Shown: one piece after another, positions 12,831 through 26,400 of the stretch
Position numbering within the stretch: the first letter of the stretch is position 1
Layout: every line of letters starts with the position of its first letter
Assembly: GCF_902652985.1 (NCBI RefSeq)
Contig: NC_047018.1
Coordinates: 50,654,001 to 50,718,000, forward strand
DNA from: Pecten maximus
Taxonomy: Eukaryota
Length of the DNA: 64,000 nucleotides
Direction: 5' to 3'
Program-made: the position numbers and the translations under genes
The notes under the pieces: model-generated
Told to the model about the DNA's origin: nothing
The model's input: the letters and a program-made list of their open reading frames with translations, nothing else
Database searches by the model: none

Positions 12831-14256
12831 ACAACATTCCTCATGCTCCAGTAAGCTTCCAAATAGCGACTTATAGAGACCAACCAACCAATTGATTTCC
12901 CATAGACTTTAGTGTTAACATTTTCGAGTATTTCATTAAAATTCTTGAATTCAATATGACAATTATGGTTTATAACAAAAGTTTAGGGTCTGATATAACA
13001 CCTAATCAAAAAAAAGTTGGGTCCTTCAGCTCAAATTTTCTCCAGGGTAGCCATTTTGAAAATGGGTGAATTTCGCAGTAAAAATTCTCAAAAATCTTAA
13101 ATGTTTACCTATTAATTGTTATTACCTGAACTTTTGGGAAAAAAACCAATCGGACTTACGAAATTAATATCAACATTTCTAATTGATAGTTTCCTATCAG
13201 GCTACATATCTATTTTCTCGCTTCATAACATACAGGCCAATCAGTGGCTGCCAGACATTTTATCCTTGGCTCAACTTTCTATACACAGACGCTGTTTCAA
13301 AAATCTATTTTTTCAATTGGTTGGTTGTTCCCTATCAGTGCAATATCATGTTAGTCTTTTTGTAGAATATTAATATTGGATATTTTGATATTGTTGATAA
13401 GTACTCATTTTCATATTCTGCTTTATTAATAACAATAAACATGGGATGAAGCGATTGTCAGTCTCCGTATAAGTATCAATTCATTATTTTGAAAATTAAA
13501 TATACTATAGGTACGTCAAAACCATTTTTCATACTATAAACACAGCGATGTATATGCCATTGTCACAAGACAAGATTTTCGTTTGTCTTGATAATAAGGC
13601 AACATGTCACAGACTTTGTCCTTGGTGAAAACTTCATGTTAAATAGATTCATATAACAATATATGGCACCCAGCAATTTATAATCAGAAAAATAGGTTTA
13701 TGTAAGAAACAATCCATGAAATTCTTATTTCAGTGAGAGGGGGTATGAACAGCAAAATATTAGCACAAGAATACATAGAACATTCTTATTCAGAGCGATC
13801 CGCCGTATATATAGAGCTGGGTCGCTGCATATGGGGAAGAAAAGCAAAACAAAATAACAATAAAAATACACAAATTAACAATGTAACGCTGCAATAAACC
13901 TTCAATCTATTTAAAGCAAAATAAAGTATGTTTGCAATATACAAAAATATATATAACAATGTAAAATAATAAGAAAACGAATGAGATTCAATATCAGTCA
14001 AAAAATAACAAATAAAAACATCCCACAGAAAACAAAAAATTCCGTACACTGGTAAAAGTGATATGTAAAACATCAGTATGCATATATACAACATAATTAC
14101 TTTCTAACGAAATGAGTGAAATCCATGATAGAAGAAAAAAAACATTGCTATTTGTTTTGATTAATTGTCGTCGCGTCATTGAAAAAAAATGCTAGCATAT
14201 GGAAAGATTCAGGTATTCACAGGAAAATTGTCACGTTCTGCAAGCTATGGAAGCTA

Positions 14257-14453
14257 AAGTATATACACATCGGTAGTGGTATCCAGGTACTCATTAATCA
14301 GTTCATGTACACGTCGTTGGTATCCAGGTACCCATTAATTACTTCATGTGCATGTCGGCGTTATCCAGGTACTCATTAATTACTTCATGTTCACGTTGAT
14401 GGTTTCCAGGTACTCATTAATCAGTTCATGTACACGTCGGTGGTATCCAAGTA
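14257..14453 (-). repeat. Same 41-bp repeat (~5 units including the coding copy) at the 3' end of gene B
   Basis: Units at 14380-14420, 14339-14379, 14298-14338 and ~14257-14297 lie downstream of the stop. Confidence 0.92.
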
Positions 14454-14489
14454 GTCTTTGATCATGTTGTAGCAGGATTGGTACTGGTC
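14421..14489 (-). CDS. Gene B last coding exon
   Basis: [22 protein letters not shown]. 69 nt. Confidence 0.9.
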   Translation of the reverse strand, partial: DQYQSCYNMIKDYLDTTDVYMN

Positions 14490-17400
14490 CTGAAAGTTTA
14501 AATTTAATTTCATTTGATCGAAAATAAACAGTGAGTCATTCCGATGATGATGATAATAACACGCCAAAATGTTGGGATAGGTAAATACATTTTCCAGACC
14601 GACATAGCAACAAGGTTGGCAACAACAAAAAAGAAGAAAAAAATGGTTTGTCTTCATCCGATGCAAACGACTGAAATACCTTTTCTATAGTATAATATTT
14701 ATCGCTGAACCTAATTACATCTTATGCTGATCAATGGAAATGGATACATGACATAACATTAACCATGATTTGACTAATATCCGAATTTAAGATTAACATA
14801 ATATTTTTGAGGTAAATAGATTATAACTGTAGATACAGGTTGATAAATTATTTATTAATAGTAGTGAATTGTGCTAAATAAAATGTTCACAAAAAAACAA
14901 CAAACAAAACAAGCAAAAAACAAACAGACGAACAACCAAAACAAAAACAATAATTATAAATTAAAAAAAGCCATACTAAAATTTGGATTATACCTTAATC
15001 AAGAAAACCGCCAGGAAAGCATAAGAACAATAGATGGAAATGTAATGGAAATAACGGAGTCTCTGCTCTGATGATTCTAGATCAGTTACTATGGGATGTA
15101 ATATTCTCCAAGTTAGAATCTTGGTAGTAGAACAATTGCAGCATTTATTATTAGGTTTAAAAAAGGTTGACGTTCGTATTGAACAAGAAACAAATTCCTA
15201 ACGTAATCATGATGGCGACGAACATATTATTGCTATCATCGACTAAAGCTCGTCTTTAAGCAGTGAACATGTCAATATACGTACAAAATTGGTCACAAAT
15301 GCTGGACGTCGCACAAGCAGCTGACGTGAAATCTGAAAGATATCTACTTCTTCGTCGCTCTTCATTTGGTCTCGGGCATTACTGATACAACAGAACAGCC
15401 CACTCTGGGAATAGCCATCACTGAAACATCAAAGCAGCATGATTATATGACGTAGAAAACAAAATAAATGTCTCTCACATCCTTAACAGTCGTTGATAAT
15501 GTTTGCTGACGTCTCACAAAGTATATAATACTAGGTATATTCACTGACGTATAAAGTATAGCATAGATAAGTATGAAGGTAAAACTACATACCGACACAT
15601 GACTATTGTTGTCTTGGTATCGTCCGATTTGCGTCTGCTGTCAACAAGTTCCAGTAGGTGAAGCAACATGGACGAATCCTTGGGGGCTGATGATTCTCTA
15701 CCCCATCCAGTCACGTGGAACACTCGAACAGTGGAATTAAAGCTGTTCACCTGTGAGGAATACATTCCAAATACCTATATTTACATGCAAAATATAATAA
15801 AACTGAAATGTGACACTACCAGGACTTAGAAATAGCACTGCTGACATAGAATATAACAAAACAACGTCTATTAAGATATTTCCAGGAAGTCATTTATATG
15901 AATGTAGGATAGAGATGACCTGGGCACCGAATGTTGTTAAAGACTGAGACTCACCCTTACGAAATATTTAAAGGAACATTTATTTATTTATTTTGTATCA
16001 TATTATAATATTATAATATTTATACATTACCGCGTTTTCGATTGCAATTTCAAGCAAATCAACATTTGCTATCGTTGAAGATTTCCCCCTGTGTTCCAAC
16101 GTAAAATCTCCGATAGATTTATCTTCGTCTTCACTTGGAAGCCAATTCTAGGATAGGTTAAACGTATGATGTTAAAATGTAATGTGATTATATCTTGATA
16201 TATGGATTGTACAGTCCAACGAGTGCTCAACTATTTTATAGTTTATTCGCTTAAACACTAATTTACTGGACAACATGCCTCAATTTTATCGTAAAGAAAA
16301 TTCTTTGAGTGTTACAAGACCATGGCACATGTCGTGTGTTGGACCTCTGTGATGTCACACATAAATGACATCACAGGTCACTGATGCAATACTACCACCG
16401 ACTGAACAGTTTGGAATATAAAAGTTATACCAATATGAACATTCTCAGAGATAGACTTTTTAAAAATCCGTTTTCAGTTTAAAATTTAATGATAAGTTTT
16501 CTTTGATTTTGTGAATCAAACCGGCCACAGACTGGGGCCCATCAGAATATATGGCTTTACGGTAAATTATTGTGTTTGTTAAATCTCAATATCCTGATTT
16601 TGATAGATGAAATTAAAGATGAGAGTATCTACTTTGGGTAATATTTGTGTGGAAATACACGTACAATCTCTTCCGGCTGGATGATGACTATTGTCTGACA
16701 GCTGTGGTCCATTATCATCGTCAACAGATCCACCACGGTGTCCTCCAGAGGAGTCTGTGTGACGATGTACCCAGATTTGGATGTATAGGACTATGTGAAA
16801 TGATAAACACATATCTTTGACATTATACATCAGAATGGCAATTTTGACAAATTTCTTGTAGGCAGAAAAAATGTGAATGAAAGGTTCACCCAATATAGAC
16901 AGAAAGAAATTATAGAAAAAGCCCCAATAAACAGGTGTAATTTCAGCAACGAGATTCAATGGAAGAAAAGAAACCTTATATTGTTTGATATCATAGAACT
17001 TCAGTACGTTTAAATTAGCTGTAATACCATTCATATTAATCGCAATGTTTCCCCTATTGACAAGGAAAAGTAAGCATAATCCACCAAAAATTACGAATGC
17101 ATGTCCTCATCTATATTATTGAATAATATTACAAAAGGTTACAATGACCTACATGCAATTATCAATATAGATTTTATTCAACGATGCTTTGTTATCAATT
17201 CAAATATTCACCTATCAATCATATATAGACATAAATTTAATTTTGCATCATTCTTATTAATTAACTATTAGTTAATCAATTAACACACATATGCTAATCA
17301 ATCGATTAAAACCAGATGACAGATACTTACAGGCACTGACACTGCATTGATATAATCCGGTCTACCAGTAGCCTGTGATCGAAGGTACGCCCTGAACTTG

Positions 17401-20400
17401 TCAACTGAACAGAAGCATCATTTCATTGTCATTAACACAATTTTATACTACATATTAAGTACTCTCGTCGATTTTTCATTATACATGGTAGTCTATGACC
17501 GGTTGTGTAATGTGGAGAAAGGAATGTCACTTATCGCTTCAATTTTCGATAGAATTATATACAAACATGCCATAGTTCATTAAAAGTAAAATCATGAATA
17601 CATGTAAAGTTCGTGTCACAAAACACGTTTGAGATTTGCTTCAGACTACAGGTAAAACACAAAAATATGAACTATCGTCAAATACAATGCTTACAGTGAT
17701 TACATTGATAACTATCCGAAGATTCCGTCGTATGAGGGGATAACTTGATGAATTAGAGATTATCAGAGCTACATCAGTTATATACCTATATTGCGTCATG
17801 TTTGATGGATTTTTACCTGCTAGGACAGATAAGGTCCTGTTCTTCATCTTGTTGGATGGTAGTAAGGCGGCTTGGTAATCTGTCTCAGTGTAAGCTGGTT
17901 TCATAGACTGTGTCAGCTAAACACAATGTTTGTTGTAAGATTTATATAGTGGTAAATATATGTAATGACGCGAAGTAACACTCAATGTACGCGTTGGAAA
18001 AAGATGAACTAAAGAAAGAATTGCTTAAATGAACTGTTGGTTTAAAATCGTCAAGTTACTCAGGAGACGGAGATATATATAAACCTGTATTATGCATGGT
18101 GTAGGTACACCACACAAAACAACCTCTTTTTCAATGAGGTATTGTGTGTTGTAGAAAATTCTACGTTAAATCTCCTCAAAGTGGGTACATACATAATTTT
18201 CTTTCATATGAATAACATTCTTGTAAGACGTATCTATCAGTGAACATGTAGACTGAGACATGAGGTTAACCTTTCAAAAACGAATATCAAAAGACAGATC
18301 TCGGCAATGTTTTAAATAAAGTTTCTTTCTCAATTCAAAAACTCTCCCTCATACGATTCCTCTATATATAAGTTTATAAGCTCAGATATCAATAGTAATA
18401 ATAACAAATTTCCGTTGTATTCAGTGTACTCCTTTAACAATAATGTACTCTTTTCAAATATTGCTATTTTGCAGTTCCCTTGGCTTTTTTAATGATATCG
18501 AATGGAAATCAAAATTATACATTAGTGGAAAATGTGATATTACCTGGAATTCCTTTCTTAGCTTTGTTTGGTTCGTTGGGCCGTCATTGGAGAGAGCAGT
18601 AAGTGTCGTGTGGTACTTCATTCTTGGAATCAGGGTGTCTGGCATATCGAAGGCTTCGATAAGGAGCTGGTGTACAGCTATGTATTGTTCCTGGATAAAA
18701 ATATGTGTAGGCATTAAGGATATTTAATATCATCTCATAATTGCTAATAAGTGCTGTACATTACAAATGGGGTGTATTTCGCTAAACCTACGACACGCAT
18801 GAAATGCGCCTCGGATGTAATCGCGAAATGATGAAGGATTTAATCGTGGGAATGATAAGATTTCTGTTTGTCAACATCGTTGTTTAGTTTGATAATATGA
18901 CACTCTTGGAGACACTTGGATAATTTTTCTGTACAAGGCTGATTTTATGTAAGAACGTACCAGAAAAGGCACTAAAAACCTTGCGAAATGTTTAAATTTT
19001 ACCTACAGATATGTTAAAGATGTCATATCTTTAAATAGACGAAAAAAATGTGTATGGCAGTTGTCGATGGTGAATTACAAGACACGCACTCTTTTAGGGC
19101 CCCTGGTCTTATTGTGTTTTTCAGGTGCATCAACGCAAATTTATATTTTGTTAATATTCCCCAATGTGGATTTGATGACAGATGCTCGTACGTTCTTTTG
19201 GGGCATTTTTGAGAGAGAGAAAATATTACCCCCCGCCTTTCTGAGTAATTACAACCTAACTTCGTGCTCCGGCCAGTACTGAACATATATATTAACATTA
19301 CATAGAAATATGAATGGCTAGGAATATATAAGTATTGTTAAATAAGACATTGGCATATAATCTGAAAAGTATTAAAGCTATTTCATAAAAAAATAACAAT
19401 GTGTTACTTACTGCAGTTTGAACCATATTGATCCTATCCTTCCGCATGGTTTTTATGTATTGCATGACGTCAATGTGTCCGAATTCCTTTCCGTATTCAA
19501 GGAGAGCATCCAGGGCAATGAATGTTCCAGTTCTACCGATACCAGCACTGTTAGATAATCATTTAATTTATTTATTAGCGTCGGTGCACATCAGATTTAA
19601 AACATGTGATACAATAAAAATAACAGTGAAATAATTTCCTCCTGACAACAACCTGGATAACTTGATAAACCCATTTTAAACAAGACATGATTCGCGACAT
19701 ATACTGGAAACCAATTTAGAGACCACAGAACCAAATCAAAAATAGATTGTGGGTTTTCCCTGTTTTGGCAGATGATTTGATAGGAAGTTGAAAGCATCGG
19801 GGCCTGCTGATTGCATATTTTCATGTGTGGGCTGGGCAATACATTAATTTTTTTCTTATTTTTAATTTTTTTTTTTTGTCAGTGGAGTTAATCAAGTGTG
19901 TATTTTTTTGCAAATTTAGGTGATTTTTTGGTGCTGCAATTCAATACAATATGTTGCCCCACATATAAAAAAAGTTCAAATTGGAAGAACTTTTAAATAT
20001 TCTACTTTCAGGTTTGCGATATGACATTCTTCAAAAGTGGAGCTAGTGGACCAGTGCTGAAACTCCTTTTAAGCAGAACAGTGGTAAACGTTAACCTTAT
20101 CGTCCATGAGAAAGCATTTGGTTCCGTGGTTCATTAAGAACGAACGGTTGATAAAGGTCTCTTCTTCTTACCTGCAGTGAACAACCATTTTCCCTGTCAA
20201 GACCGTCTGGTAGTTCATCACGCGGCGGTGGAAGACAACGAGTTCATTTGGGTCTGGAGTCCCGTGGTCGGGCCACGTGGTATAGTGGAACTGATGTATC
20301 TGACGTACTGACTTCGTCTGAATGAATAGTTAAGAACATTTAGAATAATAGTGATCAATGTGCATACATACATAAAAATGAAGTTTGACTTTTCTAACTG

Positions 20401-23400
20401 TTGGTATTTCAGCATTATCTATACCTTCTTTTCTGATACTGTAAGATCGCGGATGACGTAGAAGGCATACGATCTTTCTCTGTCCATAGTGATGCTGAAA
20501 GTTGCCGTGGTCAAAGGTTCTCCCTCATCTGGCCAATACTTGTCGCACTTCGGCTAAAATTTGGAGAGAGAAAATAAGATTGGCATTGATGATCAAATCG
20601 TTCAACTTAGGATTAATCTAGAATTTTTTATATCATATCTATCGACATTTCATCTTATTTGTGTTCTCTGCCCATTTTAAACAGAGCAGACCTAACGGTC
20701 TCCACTCCACGGTTGAAATATTCCTCTAGTCCCTCTATACTAGACAGTTATCATACCTGTCTCGTCAAAAATATAACACAACTATGATGTTTAATATGTA
20801 TAGTTGCCAACAATATATTGTCTCAACAACTATCTGACTGCGCAAATGCTAACAATCAATTTGTTTTCACGTTCAGGGTTAGAAACGAAAGATAAAAATG
20901 ATAAGGCATTGATTATATGAAACCTCTTAACAATGATCTACTGTGAAGTATAAATTATAAGGAAATATACAACAGTGGTTCGCTTCTCTCGATAAAGAAT
21001 TTTAAAAAAGACCTCTAAAAATGTTTAATACTTGCGTCTTCTTAAAAAACATGACATTCAAAATATTGAAATAAACGTGTATGCTGTGAGCTCCGGGACT
21101 AGAATGAATACCTTACACATCCCCTTATCACTGACTCGAATATCTCGTGCATAAGACAAACATCTTATGCATATCCAAGAATATATGTAAATGCGACTGG
21201 TCGTATTTGGTCAACGCCAGCGCAGGAAATGATATTATGTTACCATCTCTGTTCCGAGATCGCATTTTTTAGTTCCTTTGGGTAGTTGATGTATCACTAT
21301 TTTTAAAATAGCATTTTCATTCAATAATTCAATTTCAAAGATTGATTAAAGATTGGTCCCCACATTTGTTTGCTCATTACTTGTTCCCCGAGAAATTATT
21401 TAGTAAGTTTTAGTTTTCCTTGATTGTCTAAGATATAACCTTACCTTGATACCTTATTTGTAAGCTAATTAATTTTTTTATTTTTAAATATTAAAGCCTA
21501 CCAACAAAAATCACCTCTAATTTTTTCGAATAAAATCATAACTTGGCAATCCGTTACGTATACTAGTAGAGTGAGCATGACAATACCCGAAATGACATTA
21601 TCCGAAATAGGGTAATACAATCATTAATAGTGTACTGTCGTTGTAGAAAAACAATGTAGATATGACGGAAACTTTCTTTAAATGCAATCATTGTATATCA
21701 TAAATACAATTAAAAGTGTTACAAAATGTCCATACCCTTCCTCCTTCTATGATATTTGTCAACATGACAATTTTACCGGTCTGCAGCTGCCATATCATCC
21801 GCCAGAAATCATTTACAGTACCGGGCCTTGGTCCTAAAAATTAAATATAAATATACAGATGTTTCTACAAGGACATACAGCGTGTCTTTATTGTTATTCC
21901 AGCTAGTTACATTAGATTTTTTGTATTTCTTAACGTAGATGGCTGTATGAGAGAAAACCATCTGCGATCGTGTGAACCTATTTTATGAAGAAATAAGAAA
22001 ACAAGGTACATGATATTTTTTTGAATGGAATATTTTATTATAAACGACTTAATTTCAAAGGTTACTAAGCATTAACCGGTGTTACAACTATGTGTAATTA
22101 AGTATTCTCTGGTTCACACATGCTTACCTTGTGTTGCTACGTATTCCGCAGTTTTTCTAACACTCTGTAAGATATGAAAAAAAACCATTGTAATATCTAA
22201 TAGTAGCCTTATCATAATATATAATTAAAACATATTATATTTCATCATTTGATACCTCCATAATAAGTTTCTGACGTTTTGACGTTTGACAAATCGTTAA
22301 GATAAGGAAAGTGGTGTCAATGATCTTAAAAAAACCGGGCGAATGATGTTTTATATAAACTTGTTCAGTGTATAAGATTTATTGCATAAGGAATTTACAA
22401 TTATATATATGGGGCAGCCACATTTAGTTACAGGTTGGAAGGGAAGTTTTTCCTTCATTTGTGGTATTTAGTACAACCTATACGCTTAAGTATGAGCGAT
22501 TTTACTATTTTCGTCACGACTAGATAGAAACAGACTCATATAATTGACAATCAATGTTTAGTAAGTATTAGTTTCCGAGTTGTGATTCTGTTATCTCTCA
22601 TTAACTATACTAACATCGATGTAATTGGCGTTGATGTAATTGGAGTGTGGATCTTTGTCAACTGTATCAAGTATCACACGGGAATGATCATCTGTAAAAG
22701 ATAGCATGGCGATCCTGTATGGCAGATTTACAATATACTTTAACATTGTATAGAAAAAAGGATCGTCTTTTTCAAGTCATGAGTGAGCGATTTGTATAAT
22801 AAAAGTGTACAACGACCTAAGACGGTTCGTCTATTGATAGAGCGCGTGTATACACGCTTCATATGTAAGCTACAGGTTCAACTTAGTCATAGCTTGACAA
22901 AGGGCTAAATCGATCTTGTGACGTTGCGACACCTTGAACACGTTCATTGTCTTTTGTACAAAGTAACATTTTGATATAGGAAAAAACAGATCGATAATTT
23001 AAATACATTTTAGTTCCTAAACGGACAAAGTTTATAAAAGATACATTATTATCATTTAATAATTGCAATATTATTTTATTTTCATTTTCTCGTGGATAAT
23101 AATTGAACAAAGATATACTTACAGGGAAATGTGGTTTTAAATCTGTTCTTTGCTTTGTTTTGTTGTAACATTCCAATGGTATGTGCATGTAAAGCTCCAG
23201 ACGGTATAGACTATTAACAGGAAAGGAATGTACAAGTGGAATCTTGTTTTTGTTTTTGTTTTTAGAAACGCAACAAAATTCATAATATAAAAAGGATTGT
23301 CCTTTGGTTTTTATTCGTTGATATTGACTTTCTTTTTAAATTACATATATGTTACTTTTAAAAGATGTTTCAGGAAACATGTTATTTTAAAACGATTGCT

Positions 23401-26400
23401 TATTAACCCTACTTATGAAGGAGACAAAAATTGAGATGATGTCAAACCTTGAATACCAAAGTCTACAGTCTGTTTTCAATATAATTTGTTTGTTATCTGT
23501 TTGTAATGTATCTTTCCTTACACGCATACATGTCATACAGTATGCAATATACTATTAATAAAGTCAATCATTTTCATAACATAAGTATAGTTATCTATTT
23601 CTTTTTCTGACTTCATTGTCTCGTTTGAATACAGCGTACATTACCGTATATCCTGTAAACTGTTTACACTTTGTTTTTGTTTTTTTAGATTACTGTACCT
23701 TGTATTCGTTCTCGAAAGCCTTGGCCTTGTTTTTCAGTTTTGTTTGGACAAGAGATTTGAGGCTGGAGACAGGAAATCCAACAGGACCGGTATTATAGTA
23801 GACGCTACCACTAGATCCGGGCTCTCTTCCTACCTCCTCAGTGTTAACATAAACATTGACTGTGTCCTCGTGTGGCTCGTCTGGATCTGTTATGTACATC
23901 ACACATATACATTAGTTTCTGTACCGTGCTATGCACTACCAAAAGTTGTATATACTTTCCGCAATTAAAAAGCCCAACAAGGTAAGCTTCTCTTTCTCCG
24001 TTAAGGTTTAAAGTGAATGAATAGGTTATAGCATCCAGAAGAAATTGAACCTCTATATTTTGTACGTAGATTTAGGTTTTATGTTTAGGACTCTGTCATT
24101 AGTTGATTATTTGATTGTGTTAGTAACAAAATGCTTGTAAAATCTTGGTGTAATTTTTATACATATTTTGGAAAAAAATAGAACATACAGTGACGGCGAT
24201 GAAGCATCTATAACATTATTCATCATATCTATTCAGATATTCAGGTTTGCAAGAATATATAAGGTTTGTTTCTTTCACAGAACATTTAATCTTAATTACC
24301 CCTGAACTGTATTACATTTTTACCATTGAAATGTTCATTCTAAAAATAATATATTTTCACTAGTGAAAAATATCACTTTGATTTGACTGATCAATGGTAT
24401 TACTTTAAAACTACCCGGTATATTTTGCTATATATGTAATCAACAGAATATCTAATATTCTCTCATATCTCGCCATGTTGGATAGAGTTTGCCCATGTAA
24501 GATAGCTATGTAAGATAAATCTATCTTACATAGCATTTCACGCGCGCGGATTAATCTGCGTTCAAGGGGGACAACTCTCACAACGTCGTCTGCTTGTGTT
24601 CACATCCGACAGTCCTTAACCTCGGTGTCGGTTTTGAAACGTTGGACTTAACTATGAAAATACATACATTCTTAGATAAATATATATCATATCAGCAGTA
24701 AATCAATAGGGCTACACGGTTAAACGATTAGACGTTTCATCTGAGCGAACATATAACTCTGTTACTGTAGACTAGGCTTACAGGCCTGTTGTAACAGTTA
24801 ACAGTATTACAGACTGGCCTACCCGACAGATTTGTCATTTGTCATTAAAAACATGTAAACACACACAATCACCTGGCAATGACAGGAAGTAAAATAAAAG
24901 CCATACATAAAAAAAAAGAAAAAAGAAAATGTCAAACGTCACAACCTATGAAACGGTTCTGTTTGCGTCAGCCGCTGAGGGGGCCCTGGAATTTGTTTAC
25001 TCTACTGTACTGTCAGCAACTGTTAGGCCTACTCAGTAACCTGTGTATTTGGAAGTTGGGAATTGGCTCTTAAATGAACGAACATTCGGTAAAAATGACA
25101 CCCCTCGATGTTCATATAAAAATATTTATTTTAATTGTAACTCAGAGTCTATATTTGTGTAGAGTAACCATGAAAACTAACTGCCATCCTAGCCTTTCAA
25201 TATGATCATCGTTAGCCTATCGACTGACCTACCTTCGTCATTCCATCAAGACAACCGGTTAAACACATATAATCCTATGTCACAGAAAAGATCGAATACT
25301 CGTATAGAGTCACTGTTCGCTGGTTCACACACGAAGTTGCCAAAATCACAGTGAATTTAAAATTACCAGCCACGAAACATCGCCGCGTCATGGCGATCGA
25401 GATCGACATCACTCTCAATATCCTTGAACTATGAATGGAATTCCAATGACAGTCGTGACGTCATGCAGTGACGTAGTATTTTATAAAAAAAAAAATGACT
25501 TGACATTTTAAAGTACAGTGTGTCCTGTGAAATGATTAAATATGTCGAGGTGCAAATCAAATTAAATGTGAAGTTGGAAAACTCATTTCAGCGTTGGCTT
25601 TCAGTATTGTTGATAGAACTTCTTTTTCTCGGATGTTGACAATTTGATCACGGCCACGTAAAAGTCGGTCAAGTTACGGTAATTTTTATCGGCGAATTGT
25701 TCATTCGTTCATCACTTAACCACAAAATGAATGAAATTTGTGTGCAAACATAGTTTGTCAAAATAGGGTATGATCTTTCAGAATATCACAAGTATATTTA
25801 GTAAAAAGTCAAATAAAGAAATTAAAAAATGGAAGAAAATGGATGGCTGAGGGACACTTTCGCCAGAAATTCGGTAATGATATGAGAGAAAAAGACTCTT
25901 TCATTATGTGTGTATGAAGGATAGGGATATTCCACCCTCGGGATCACAAAATGTGGTAAAACCCTCGGCAAGCCTCGGGTTTCACCACATTTTGTGACCC
26001 CTCGGGTGGAATATCCCTATCCTACATATACACATATGAAAGAGTCTTATAGTATATTTTGAAAAATCAAAATATTAGCCTAACTCGTGAAATATATTTG
26101 CTATTACTGAAGACACTGTTAGATATTCTCTATGTCTATCATAGCAATATCGAAACATGTTTTTATGATGTCGATCGTGAGCATTGGTATTTGCTGCGCA
26201 TATTTTTTGCAGGTGGGTATGTGAGACGAAGGGATTTGAGGCCAGGATAATAGTCTCCCTTTATTATTTTTTCTATGTTTTGTTTCTCAAGATGAAACCT
26301 GGATCACCTAATGGATTACTGTAGTCGTTTCTCTCTGCAACTCCAGATTTGCCAGATGGGTCTAGCGGTTCGTTGTAAATGGTCTTCTTGTGTACATTGG

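Noticed and set aside
16579-17034. 151-aa ORF and other ORF-track entries overlapping exons in the wrong frame or strand (e.g. 20218-20415, 19428-19634, 39785-40162, 56994-57227)
   Set aside because: The real coding frame is defined by splice phases and PTP/EGF motifs; these are shadow frames.
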